A DNA stretch of 64,000 nucleotides. It comes from Candidatus Poribacteria bacterium. GTDB lineage: Bacteria; Poribacteria; WGA-4E; WGA-3G. This document shows positions 20,397-30,658 of the stretch, piece by piece. The stretch spans positions 3,360,001 to 3,424,000 of the forward strand of contig CBDANF010000003.1 in the NCBI GenBank assembly GCA_965197475.1, in the 5' to 3' direction. Both the position numbers and the translations under genes were made by a program. The first letter of the stretch is position 1, and each line of letters begins with the position of its first letter. The notes beneath the pieces were generated by a model that was not told where the DNA came from, ran no database searches, and was given only the letters and a program-made list of their open reading frames with translations.

Positions 20397-20824
20397 GGAG
20401 ACGTATCTATTTTAGCACGTCTCCGTTTTTGTGTAAATAAAATAAACAAATTGTAAGTAGTTGCACCTATTCTGTTTTGATGTGCGTTGTGCGCGAATAG
20501 AATAGGGATAACAAGCATTGCGGTGTCCGCGATGCAACAACAAAAGCCCGCGGCGAAACACTTCATAGAAACGAAGTGCACGTGCGGGCGCGAAAATACT
20601 GCAGCTTCTAACGTCTGCAATACGACCTTGTCCACTGAAATAATTAACAAATGTGAAGTGGGGGTAGTAACTAACAGTTAAAACGAAACCACCAGGTATT
20701 GTGTCAGAACAACCCTGTTCAGATAGCAAACATCTGAAATGTTCATTTTTGGAGGGTATTGGTTAAATAATGATGCAAGAATTAGCGGGATACCCTCTGA
20801 ACCGCGCTGCATCATATTTCAGTT
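20397..20824 (-). ncRNA. Candidate large structured leader RNA or ncRNA with pseudoknot
   Basis: Begins right after a consensus promoter; about nine stems plus an 8-bp pseudoknot, found by manual pairing (see findings). Confidence 0.6.
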
Positions 20825-20830
20825 GCGGTA

Positions 20831-20859
20831 ATGATAACACTTATAACGAGAGTTGTCAA
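20831..20859 (-). promoter_or_regulatory. sigma70-type promoter
   Basis: TTGACA-17 bp-TATCAT on the minus strand. Confidence 0.75.
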
Positions 20860-20889
20860 TGAAAAAATCAGACTGATTTTCATTGACTT

Positions 20890-21686
20890 ATATGCCTAAA
20901 ACTTGTATCCTCATTGAAAACAACTCATTTCTACTCACAGGAGGATACCATGAAAGCGTGTCCAAGATGTCAACATATTCACTTCGTCAAAAACGGGTTC
21001 GTCAACGCAAAACAACGTTATAAATGTCCAAGTTGCCACTATCAATTCACACGCAAAACACCACGAGGTAAACCCCAGACACATAAAACCCTCGCTCTGC
21101 TCTTGGACTGCCACGGTATTTCAATGAATGCTATCTCAAAACTCTTCAACATTCATGTAACAACTGTTCTCAAATGGGGACGCTCCTATGCGAAAAAACA
21201 CGCCCCGAAACGGACATTTTCACCCGGATCCACCGTAGTTTTGGAGCTTGATGAAATGTGGCATTATATCGGAAAGAAGAAAAACAAACTTTGGATATGG
21301 AAAGCACTTGACAGGAACACAGGATACCTCATAGATTGGCAATGCGGCGGACGCAACACAGAAACCCTTGAAAAACTGACGCATCGCCTCAAAGCCTTGA
21401 ATGTCAAAATGTCCTACACCGACAAGTGGCAGGTGGACGAATCCATCCTACCTGCTTCAAAACATGTTCAAACGAAGGCGGAGACACATCGCATTGAACG
21501 CAACAATTGCTTGATGCGGCACTGGTTCGGCCGGTTCAAACGTCCGTCCATTATTGTTTCAAAAAGTGTGGAGATGGTGAACCTAACGATTGCCTTGTTC
21601 GCACGATTTCGTGTTAATGGAGACGTGTTTGACATTTTAAAACTTGGCGGAATGGAAACCATGAATATCATTAGTTAGGCAATACC
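20890..21686 (+). mobile_element. IS1-family insertion sequence
   Basis: Right end reads GGTATTGCCTAA on the minus strand (IS1-type GGT end). Degenerate left end TATGCCTAA at ~20891. Contains a transposase. Confidence 0.85.
20950..21678 (+). CDS. IS1-family transposase (single-ORF InsAB)
   Basis: Zn finger CPRC...YKCPSC, HTH, DDE motifs LDEMW, TDKW and IERNN; GGAGG RBS. Confidence 0.93.
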   Translation: MKACPRCQHIHFVKNGFVNAKQRYKCPSCHYQFTRKTPRGKPQTHKTLALLLDCHGISMNAISKLFNIHVTTVLKWGRSYAKKHAPKRTFSPGSTVVLELDEMWHYIGKKKNKLWIWKALDRNTGYLIDWQCGGRNTETLEKLTHRLKALNVKMSYTDKWQVDESILPASKHVQTKAETHRIERNNCLMRHWFGRFKRPSIIVSKSVEMVNLTIALFARFRVNGDVFDILKLGGMETMNIIS

Positions 21687-21687
21687 C

Positions 21688-23510
21688 TCGAAAAATTTAC
21701 TGATTGTTCCCTTATTGTTAGTCTTGATTCTGTTTTCTCTAAACGTATGTGCTCAGGACTATATGAAATGGGGACTTCCTGAAAATGCTACGCTTCGTCT
21801 TGGGAAAGGGCAAATTTACGACCTAAAGCATTCACCAAATGGCGACCTGATTGCAGTAGCAAGTTCCATCGGAGTTTGGTTGTATGACGCTCATTCTGGT
21901 AAAGAAATTAGGTTGCTGCAAAAACACAGCTATCCGGTTAATTCATTGGCGTTCTCATCAAATAGCAAAATGTTAGCAAGTGGTGGTTCAGATGGTATCC
22001 ATCTGTGGGAACCTCACACTGGGCAGCATCTATTTACGCTCACAGAATCAGCGGCTAACAATTTGGTTTTTTTCCTGATGGACGAACGCTGGTAAGTACA
22101 AGTGATAAAATAATTAGGTTTTGGGATGTGGCGAACAGGACTATTTCTAAAACCCTTACAGGACATACATGGCAAATTTTGTCTCTCGCGGTTTCACCAA
22201 ATGGAAAAACTATAGTTAGTGGTTCTCATGTTAATGATGAACTGAAACAAAGTAATGGACTGCGTTGGTGGGATGTTGAAACTGGAAGAATGTTGTTTTT
22301 TTCAACAGCCATGGATTCAGCGGTTACTGCTCTAGCGTTTTCCCCTAATGGAAAAATACTAGCTTGTGCAAATAGTTTCAGCAGGTCGGAGAATCGAAAC
22401 ATCTATTTATTTGATGGTGTTAGTGGTGAAATATTAAGGACGCTGCCCGAACTGCACGGTAAAACCATAAGCTTAGAATTTTCTCCTGATGGCAAAACGC
22501 TAGCCAGTACTGGATGGGATGGTACAATCCGCCTTTGGGATCCACACACTGGGCACCATATCCATACGTTTAGAGGATACGTGGGGTGGTTATCGTTTTC
22601 GCCTGATGGTAAAACCCTTGTGAGTGGTGGAGATGGGGTAATTCGGTTTTGGGATACATCAACGAAACAACAGCGTTTTAGTGTTTCTGGTCACTGGAAT
22701 AGTATAGGTGCGTTGACGTTTTCATCCGATAGTAAAACGCTAATCAGCGGTGGTTATGAAACTCCCATAATTCATAAATGGGATGTATCTACGGGCCAAC
22801 TCATGTCTACCTTAACACTAACGTCTGCTGATGCAGAACAAATTTGGGCTTTTAATGCGAAACGCGGTTTATGTGCTAGTACAAGTAGGGAACAATCTTC
22901 CTATAAAATTTGTATCCGTGACATTGATACCGGTCAACTTCACGCTTCAATGGACTATCAGTTTCTCTTACCACTAATTTCAGAATTTTCACCATTAACA
23001 TTTTCACACAATGGAGAGACAATAATTGTTTTGAACGAACAAGAAATTGGTAGTAAAAAAGTGTTGGAATTTGAATTTTGGGATTCATGGCTTCATTCCG
23101 TTAAATTTAAGTTTATGCCACATAAAAATGAAATTTTTAAATATTCTACACATACTGACGTTACGGCTCTCACATCTTCACCAGATAACACGCTTCTCGC
23201 TACTGCTGTAGGAGGTCGGGTTGCCCTTTGGAAGTTTGGCACCGACGAACTTATTCTGTCCTATCCTGAATTTGATCGCCTTAGTTGCTACGCGTTGGCA
23301 TTTTCTAATGATAGCAAAATTCTTGCTATCGGAGACTCTCTGGATATCTGTCTAATTGAAGTGGATACCGGAAATCTTATAACAACCTTGTCTAAACATA
23401 ACAACTGGGTTAAAGCGTTGGCATTTTCCGCTGATGGCAAAATGCTTGCAAGTGGAAGTAAAGACGGCACAATTTTGATTTGGGACTTAGATAAAATTAT
23501 GAAGAATTAG
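21688..23510 (+). pseudogene. Secreted WD40-repeat protein; start apparently removed by IS1, frameshift at ~22070
   Basis: Signal-like SKNLLIVPLLLVLILF abuts the IS end; WGLPENATLRLGKG; many FSPDG..LAS..D..I..WD repeats. The two ORFs join through LVF(S)PDGRTLVSTSDKIIRFWD if one base is added at the T-run. Confidence 0.82.
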
Positions 23511-23513
23511 TTT

Positions 23514-23699
23514 TTAGTTTGGACTCAGATTTTTCTTGCATCTTCTTGCGATAAGGAGAAAAATCAGTATATTTCGCCCCTGCTTTATACGCTGTTCCCG
23601 GCGTTTTTTCAAAAAATCCATCAGAGAATCCACATCACCGAACAACACGGCAAGTCGTTCCTTCGCTTGTTGACATTCTTTCAAAATTTCATCATTCAT
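23514..23699 (-). CDS. Small hypothetical protein (possible TA-associated remnant)
   Basis: 61-aa ORF with GAGG RBS and a charged helical N-terminal part. Confidence 0.5.
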   Translation of the reverse strand: MNDEILKECQQAKERLAVLFGDVDSLMDFLKKRREQRIKQGRNILIFLLIARRCKKNLSPN

Positions 23700-23897
23700 G
23701 AGAGTTCCTCAATTATCGCTTTTGGAGATACGACGTAAAGTGGGAATTAACCTGTCTCACGGTAGGTTGACTGATGACTCAAACTAATATTTAGTATAAA
23801 AGGAAATGTACTCAAGAATTACATTATAGAATTTGGAGGATTCAGCCTCTGAATATCCTAGTTGTAAAATACAGTTGTTACAAGCATAGAAACCTGA

Positions 23898-24332
23898 TTA
23901 AGTGCTCCTCAGGTGTGAAGGGAAAATTTCATGGTTAGAATCCCACCATAATAGAAAAGCCTCTGTTTCCGATCGAATTGCCCAAAGGCGTTTTCTGCCA
24001 CTTATACGAAATGAAACCAATTCCTCTTGATCATCATGTTTTAGTTCTCGTAGCCGTTCTTGGGCAGGTTTTATGATGTCACTGACAGGTATCATGTGGT
24101 GACTTCTACCTAATATTTGACCCCATGTCATAGTTTCAAAGTTACGCATCTTGCCCCATATATTCCTGAGGAAATCAGGACAAGATATATTATTCCAACC
24201 CCATTGACCTTCATCGTCAATTTTTGAAACTTTCCACACAAGTTGCTTATTTTGAGTGCTCGGGGTACGAGCAGATGTGGCTTTCTTTCTTCCTTTCGGG
24301 TCACGGCCTCGACGAGGATTTTTCCTACTCAT
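23898..24332 (-). CDS. Putative toxin of a Panacea-type TA pair (RelE-like nuclease candidate)
   Basis: Motifs MTW..I, LVSFRISGRKRLWAIR and LLWWDSNHEIFPS; ATG overlaps the antitoxin stop. Confidence 0.7.
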   Translation of the reverse strand: MSRKNPRRGRDPKGRKKATSARTPSTQNKQLVWKVSKIDDEGQWGWNNISCPDFLRNIWGKMRNFETMTWGQILGRSHHMIPVSDIIKPAQERLRELKHDDQEELVSFRISGRKRLWAIRSETEAFLLWWDSNHEIFPSHLRST

Positions 24333-24959
24333 CAAGATCTTCCTCAACTGGCAAGGAACTATAATAATCTGCCATCGCGTCTAATGGTATAACCTTATCT
24401 CCACGCTCCAGTGGGGGCAGACCCTCTCTTGCCAGGATCCAAGGGTCTTCAAGGTGTGTAAGTTCAATTAGCCATTGGGCGGATTTATCCCCATAGTAAT
24501 CAAGCACCGCATCAACGGTATTTGCTGTTCCTGATCTAACAAACGCGGGTTGCCAATTTCTACGGTTTCTATTTAGTATCTTCCGCGATGATAATAAAAT
24601 AAATCTCTTACAACGGGACCATTTGCCCAAGCCTCAATGTTTTCCTCAAATAAAGGTTTCTCATCCCACACCATTGACCATGCTTGACTATAATATACCA
24701 GTTTCTGAAGTTTCATGGTACTCATTATCCCTTTTTTCTCTAAAATGTACGCGGCAACATCAAAAACACGGATTTCAGGTGTCCGAAAATTATCGTCTTG
24801 AACTTTTCTCCAGGTTACATCTTTTTCTAACTCTTGAAATTTGGTGTCTAGATCAATTTCTGAATTAAAAGTTTTTATAGACGTTTTATCGTAGGATATA
24901 TCTTTTGATAAAGTATCTTCTTCTTCAGGAGTGATACTTGTATCATTCCATTTATTCAT
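24325..24959 (-). pseudogene. Panacea/SocA (DUF4065) antitoxin with N-terminal extension; nonsense codon plus frameshift
   Basis: STMKLQKLVYYSQAW, IEAWANGPVV and L.ELTHLEDPW motifs; in-frame TAA at 24573-24575 and a 1-bp frameshift near 24520. Confidence 0.85.
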
Positions 24960-25653
24960 TCAGTTTCCCCTTTCAATTCCGAACGATAGATTTCAGAGAT
25001 AAATTTTGCTGCCTTTTCCTTCAATTCAAGTATGGAAGTTTCAGATATTTTCGTCTTGAATTGGGTTAAATCGCGAATCTCGAAATGAAAATTTAATTTA
25101 AAAGTATAACCTTCTCATTTTTGACGAAATGAAAATTTAATTTAAAAATAACCTTCTCATTTTTGACTTCAATCGTAAAATTAAGGATTCTGCCATCCAA
25201 TTCCAAATTACGTGTATATTGTTGTCCGATTAATAATGCACCAAACTTCTCAATTTTACCAAGATCTTTTGGACGAATAATACTTTCGATATCTTCACTA
25301 ATTTTGTTGTCAATGAAAACAAAATTGACACCGAATCCTGAAACAGGGGTATGTGGCAAATAACCTGTGAGTAACAATGCAATTTCTTCTATACGTCTAA
25401 AGTTTTCATCTTTGCTTTCTACTAGACTAATACTTAATTTATTACCTTGCAATTGAATTCTAATTTCTTTAGACGATACTCGTTGTGAAGCAAATTGTGG
25501 GTTAAAACCGTGGAGTAGTTCTGCCAGGATATCAACCTTTAATTTCTCTTTTTTCCCATCAAAAAGATATCTTCTAATCCAATTTGGATTAAATATATGT
25601 GCGTTCCAACCGCCTACGATAACTAACGCGCAAGAAGAATGGTCTAATTTCAT
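24956..25653 (-). pseudogene. Hypothetical protein (TIGR04255-like), frameshifted by a tandem duplication
   Basis: LVIVGGWNAHIFNPNW and LPHTPVSGFGVNF. A 42/44-bp tandem duplication at ~25082-25167 shifts the frame; the restored tail EIRDLTQ...KGETE ends in an ATGA overlap with the next gene. Confidence 0.7.
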
Positions 25654-26272
25654 AAGCAATACCTTTCAAGAGTTTCGCGGGAGTGTTTATACAACATCGG
25701 GCGTAGCAGATGTCTAATACGGGAATCGTATACCGATTGATTGGTCCAGAAGTGCTATCATAGTAAACCTGCAATTACATAGACACCATTGACAGCGCGC
25801 TCATAAAGCACCTGCTGGAAATGTTCACATATTTCAATTTCACTACAAGTAATAAATTACTTGTTTTAATTAACGTTAACATAATTATAACATATTTTAA
25901 CTCAAAGATCAACAACTTTTGTTGATATAGGTGAACTCGGGACCGAGAGCAAAACAAGAAATCAACTATCATTTTAATAAATAAACAGATTTTAAACAAT
26001 CATGTTGTTCCTTCTAATGACATGCTCTTCGGTTTTGTGCTATTTTTTCTATAGGTAAATAATAGCATCTTTTGCCGAAAAATGCAATATTTTTAGAAGC
26101 ACTAAGCAGCGTTGATTTGACAGCAGGTCCCCAAAATCCTCGGAATTTGTGTAATCTGCCTAATCCCATGGTTCAGACAAAAAGCAATAATAATGTTCAG
26201 ACAAATTGATTTGCAATCAAAACAAGCGTGTGCTAAAATAAATTTAATCGTAGCGTTGCATATAGAGGAGAT

Positions 26273-29200
26273 ATGATGAATTACGCAGAACTGCCACTCC
26301 CACAACGTCAGAGAGAAGAAATTCATCGGATTTTATCAGACGTATCCGATAGAGACGGAGGCGTGGACAGCGAATCTATATTGCGAGGCATACAAGAACT
26401 CGCCACAGAAGATACAGACACCCGATCCTATTTTGCAGATATCGTTATTCCGTTGTTAGAAACCTGCCTTGACTCTCCCAATCCCGAAGCAGCATTAACT
26501 AATTTTTCCCGTTTTACAGTCGTAGCATTTAATCGGAAATGGGTCTATCAACTGTTGCGGGATGCACCGTTTCTGATGCAAACGGTGATGCTCATTTTTG
26601 GTGCGTCCTCATATCTGTCAGAAATACTGATTCGTAATCCCATCTATTTTTACGACATCATTGATGCCAATGTGATGGACGCGTTGAAAACACCTGACAG
26701 CATGTATAACGAACTTTCTACGGCAATCGGCAGATATCGAGACGTTGATCAGAAGCTTCATATCATTCGGCGATATAAACAGCGCGAAAGTCTTCGTATA
26801 GCACTGCGTGACTTGCTTCATGCTGCAGATGTTGAGACAACGACATTGGAGATGACCAATTTGGCAGAAGCTGCACTGCAGCACTGCTATGAAATCGGGC
26901 GTGACCAGATGATGAAATCGAAGTTCGGTACTCCGCTCAATGAAGATGGCACAGCACCCTGTCGCTTTGCTGTTATCGGAATGGGGAAACTTGGCGGCTT
27001 TGAACTCAACTTTAGTTCTGATATTGACTTGATCTTTGTTTATTCAGACGAAGGACAAACCGATGAAGGTGTTGATAATAGCGAATACTATTCCCGGTTG
27101 TGTGAGTTTATAATTAAAGCGATGAGTGAGGTAACGGTAGAAGGATATGTGTTTCGTGTGGATATCCGTTTGCGGCCGGAAAGCAGCGCAGGGGTCATCA
27201 TCCGTTCTATGGAAAGCTACGAAAGTTATTATGAAGGGTGGGGTGATTTATGGGAACGTCAGGCATTAATTAAAGCACGTCCTGTCGCGGGGGATATGGC
27301 GTTTGGCGATGAGTTTATCCGTATGATACAGCCGTTTGTATATCAACGCTACTTAGACGGTGTAACGCTCAATGAAATTAAGGTAGATATTCACAATACT
27401 AAAATGCGTATAGAGGAACGACTCGTAGGTGAAAGGGCAGACCTTGAAAAGCATGTGAAACTCGGTCCGGGTGCTATTCGGGATATTGAGTTTACCGTCC
27501 AGTGCCTTCAGATGATTCATGGTGGAAAGCGAAAGTCACTCTGTTCCCAGAATACTTTGGAGACTATCGCGGCGTTGAAGGCTAACGAACAACTGGATGC
27601 ACAGGACGCAGACGCGCTATCGGAAGCTTATCGGTATTTAAGAAGGGTTGAAAACTGCATTCAAATTGAGGCGGACCAACAACGTTACGCAGTTCCAGTC
27701 AAAGAAGAAGAGGAAATCCAACTTGCCAGACGGTTAGGTTACCGTGCTGCTGCGCTTGAAACATTTCGCCAAGATTACCGAACCCACAAAACGCGTGTCC
27801 GTGAAATTTTTGAGAAAGTCATGAACGTCCATGAACCGGATCGGTTAGATGTACCAGTTCTGCTTAGCCAAGATAACCCCGAAGAGATTCAGATGCAATT
27901 GGGCAAGTTCGGTTTTGAGAATGCGCGCGAAGCACATCGTTTACTAAGGCAACTTGCTAACGGCACGGATGGACAGCAGTTCTCACCTGCAGTTAGACGA
28001 ACTTTTTTCAAACTCGCCCCGGTCCTTCTGAAATGTTTAAGTGAATCCCCCGATCCGGACATGGCACTTCGTTACTTTGATGCGTTTGCCGCTAAGGTCG
28101 GCGCGCGGAGCAGCTACTACACCATGTTCATGGAAAGACAAGGGGCACTTGAAGCACTCACAAGTGTTTGTGGTTCCAGCCTTTACTTGGCGGATTTACT
28201 GATTGCAAGTCCAGAACTGTTTGACCTATTGACAGTGCCGACTTTTACCGAATACCCTAAAACACTTGCCAAAAAACAAGAAGAGGTTTTACAAATTCTT
28301 GCGAATACACCTGATGCTCACTTACTGAGAGCACTCAGGCGTTACAAGAACGATGAGATTTGGCGTATTGCCTTACGAAATATCCTCGGCAACGCTGACC
28401 TGCCTACGACGACCGAAGAACTATCCGATTTAGCCGAAGCAATACTGCAAGGTATTTATCCGCAAATTGACGCGCAGCTGCGTGAAGAACACGGCACTCC
28501 GCTGATCAATGACCGAACACCTGTTACGTTCGCCATCATAGCAATGGGCAAGTTTGGCGGTCGAGAACTCAACTTCAGCTCAGATTTAGATGTCATGTAT
28601 GTCTATACAGCAGATGGCGAAACAACACAAGGTATGCCAAATTCGGAATACTTCTCAATCCTCGGTTTGGAGTTGGTAAACCAGCTTGGCGGGAATCACG
28701 ACATGAGTATTTATGAACTTGATCTACGGCTCCGTCCTTACGGCACGGGTGGCGCGATTGCATTGCCGCTCAAAGGGTATCAGAATTACTACGATCATAC
28801 CGCAGAAATTTGGGAACGTCAAGCACTCACACGCGCGCGCGTCGTAGCAGGAGATGTGGAGGGCGTAGGAAACCAATTTATGGAGATGGCTCATGCCTTT
28901 AGTTATCGGCAGCCACTTACTTCTGAAGATATTGCTGAAATTGTGCGGACACGCCAACGAAAGGAAGCACAAGCCACCCGAAAAACTAAACCAAGACGTA
29001 GACGAAGCGGAAAAGTGCAAAAACCCACTGCTAACGTGAAGTCGGGATATGGCGGACTTGTTGACATTGAATTCGCTGTGCAAACCCTTCAACTTATCCA
29101 CGGCACGGATACGACTTCTGTCCGGGTGCCAAATACGCTCCTCGCAATTGACAGATTGCACGCTATTGGTGTGCTTACAGAAGAACAGCGCACCGGATTA

Positions 29201-29425
29201 TCAGAAGCGTATCAATATCTTAGGTGCGTCGAAAACGCATTGCGGATTGTGCATGATCGCGCATTAGATGCGTTGCCTACAAACCGATCAGAATTGACAC
29301 AATTAGCACGGCGGCTTGGATACACGGAAACTGATAATACATCTATCGTAGAGGCGTTTTTGCAGGATTACGGAAAATGGACTGAAAAGACTCGTTCATT
29401 ATTCAATGAGATTCTTGTTAATTGA
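26273..29425 (+). CDS. glnE: Bifunctional glutamine synthetase adenylyltransferase/adenylyl-removing enzyme
   Basis: Two nucleotidyltransferase domains, GMGKLGGFELNFSSDIDL and AMGKFGGRELNFSSDLDV; RLRP; WERQAL. Confidence 0.96.
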   Translation: MMNYAELPLPQRQREEIHRILSDVSDRDGGVDSESILRGIQELATEDTDTRSYFADIVIPLLETCLDSPNPEAALTNFSRFTVVAFNRKWVYQLLRDAPFLMQTVMLIFGASSYLSEILIRNPIYFYDIIDANVMDALKTPDSMYNELSTAIGRYRDVDQKLHIIRRYKQRESLRIALRDLLHAADVETTTLEMTNLAEAALQHCYEIGRDQMMKSKFGTPLNEDGTAPCRFAVIGMGKLGGFELNFSSDIDLIFVYSDEGQTDEGVDNSEYYSRLCEFIIKAMSEVTVEGYVFRVDIRLRPESSAGVIIRSMESYESYYEGWGDLWERQALIKARPVAGDMAFGDEFIRMIQPFVYQRYLDGVTLNEIKVDIHNTKMRIEERLVGERADLEKHVKLGPGAIRDIEFTVQCLQMIHGGKRKSLCSQNTLETIAALKANEQLDAQDADALSEAYRYLRRVENCIQIEADQQRYAVPVKEEEEIQLARRLGYRAAALETFRQDYRTHKTRVREIFEKVMNVHEPDRLDVPVLLSQDNPEEIQMQLGKFGFENAREAHRLLRQLANGTDGQQFSPAVRRTFFKLAPVLLKCLSESPDPDMALRYFDAFAAKVGARSSYYTMFMERQGALEALTSVCGSSLYLADLLIASPELFDLLTVPTFTEYPKTLAKKQEEVLQILANTPDAHLLRALRRYKNDEIWRIALRNILGNADLPTTTEELSDLAEAILQGIYPQIDAQLREEHGTPLINDRTPVTFAIIAMGKFGGRELNFSSDLDVMYVYTADGETTQGMPNSEYFSILGLELVNQLGGNHDMSIYELDLRLRPYGTGGAIALPLKGYQNYYDHTAEIWERQALTRARVVAGDVEGVGNQFMEMAHAFSYRQPLTSEDIAEIVRTRQRKEAQATRKTKPRRRRSGKVQKPTANVKSGYGGLVDIEFAVQTLQLIHGTDTTSVRVPNTLLAIDRLHAIGVLTEEQRTGLSEAYQYLRCVENALRIVHDRALDALPTNRSELTQLARRLGYTETDNTSIVEAFLQDYGKWTEKTRSLFNEILVN

Positions 29426-29558
29426 TCAGAAGATTTCTAATCAAGTTAGTTGGTATAAAAAGTTATAGGTGGCAACTTGGGTTATTAAATATGCCCATTT
29501 TGTGCAGCTTTTTCTCAATATTTTGTAGAAAACCCTGTCAGTACAGTCCTTTCCAGAT

Positions 29559-29574
29559 TGGCACGGAATTTGCG
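29559..29574 (+). promoter_or_regulatory. sigma54 (-24/-12) promoter
   Basis: TGGCACGGAATTTGCG matches TGGCACG-N4-TTGC, ~120 bp before the ATG at 29696. Confidence 0.75.
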
Positions 29575-29695
29575 TGACGTAGCCAGGGTGTCCCAATCCT
29601 TTATTCAACGTGTAGAAGGTCTACCGAAAAGGATAGGGAACCTGATAAATAACCGATATGCTACAAAAGCATGTCACCTTAAAAGGAGCTATAAA

Positions 29696-30601
29696 ATGCG
29701 GATATTAAGATCAATCGGCATTGCAGCGGCGATGCTATGTTCTCTATTGCTAATTGGGATAAATAGCAGCGATGCTTATGAAATTGTGGAATTCCCGTCT
29801 GATACCGAAGTTCAGACGTATGGTGATTACACATACCACATGGCGCATCTAAAAACCGACGTGCCATATCTTTGGATAGAATGGTATGTTGACGATAAGC
29901 TCGTAGATATAGACCGGGGCGATGGTGTCAAAACTAAATCCTATTTCTCCCCCTACGGTAAAATACCCGGTGCCGTTCAAGGGGAAAAACATACGATAGA
30001 GGCATTTGCTGCTTTCACGTATGTGGAGGATCTGGAGAATGTGGATTGGGACAGGATATGGGACTGGGTGTATGCTTGGAGGATATTGATTTTCATGGAT
30101 TCCGATTCCTACAAGGTGAGATCCTTTGAATCCGTCCCCAGTTTTGCTAATGGCATCCTACAGACATCCTGGGAAAAACCCCGTGTCACCGGTGTCGCTG
30201 GCTACGCGTATGTCACACGCCACTATTTCAACGGAACCGCTTTCGTTATGGAGGCTTATGTCTATGCCTACAACGGCACCGAGCACGACTTCGCGGTCGC
30301 ATCCTGGTTCCGACAGCAGAAGTACACCGCAGACGGGGGCGTGGAGTGGGGAAAACGAGATCCGCCTTTTAACACACCCATTGTTTCCGTTCCGCTTCCG
30401 GCCGGACAATCGTATTCTGATTCCGCCAATTCTGGGGTGATCGAATATCCATTCGAAGGACCGATCGGACGTAATGAAACGCTTTATTTTGATGCACATA
30501 CGCACCTCCAAGTGCATGGTGTAGTACAGGGTAAGACTATCGTAGACGACTGGGAAGCGGATACAACTGTTCTGGAGTTTACGGAAGAACACAATCCATA
30601 A
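29696..30601 (+). CDS. Secreted hypothetical beta-rich protein (cassette 2)
   Basis: AAGGAG RBS, signal peptide MRILRSIGIAAAMLCSLLLIGINSSDA; no family recognised. Confidence 0.85.
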   Translation: MRILRSIGIAAAMLCSLLLIGINSSDAYEIVEFPSDTEVQTYGDYTYHMAHLKTDVPYLWIEWYVDDKLVDIDRGDGVKTKSYFSPYGKIPGAVQGEKHTIEAFAAFTYVEDLENVDWDRIWDWVYAWRILIFMDSDSYKVRSFESVPSFANGILQTSWEKPRVTGVAGYAYVTRHYFNGTAFVMEAYVYAYNGTEHDFAVASWFRQQKYTADGGVEWGKRDPPFNTPIVSVPLPAGQSYSDSANSGVIEYPFEGPIGRNETLYFDAHTHLQVHGVVQGKTIVDDWEADTTVLEFTEEHNP

Positions 30602-30609
30602 ATCCACTA

Positions 30610-30642
30610 TAACGGCAGGGGACACGTTCCCCTGCCATTTCT
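30610..30642 (+). repeat. 33-bp hairpin direct repeat, copy 1
   Basis: TAACGGCAGGGGACACGTTCCCCTGCCATTTCT; identical copy at 31710-31742. Confidence 0.9.
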
Positions 30643-30658
30643 CACAAGGAGAATAGCC

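Noticed and set aside
20384-20729. Short ORFs within the structured leader
   Set aside because: Overlapping, no RBS, odd composition; the region is better explained as structured RNA.
20634-20824. Retron msr-msd or known riboswitch (lysine, cobalamin, T-box) reading of the structured leader
   Set aside because: No reverse transcriptase in the window, and none of the conserved sequence motifs of those families is recognisable.
25589-25999. Small minus-strand ORFs upstream of the Panacea operon
   Set aside because: AT-rich, no recognisable motif or RBS; possibly decayed sequence.
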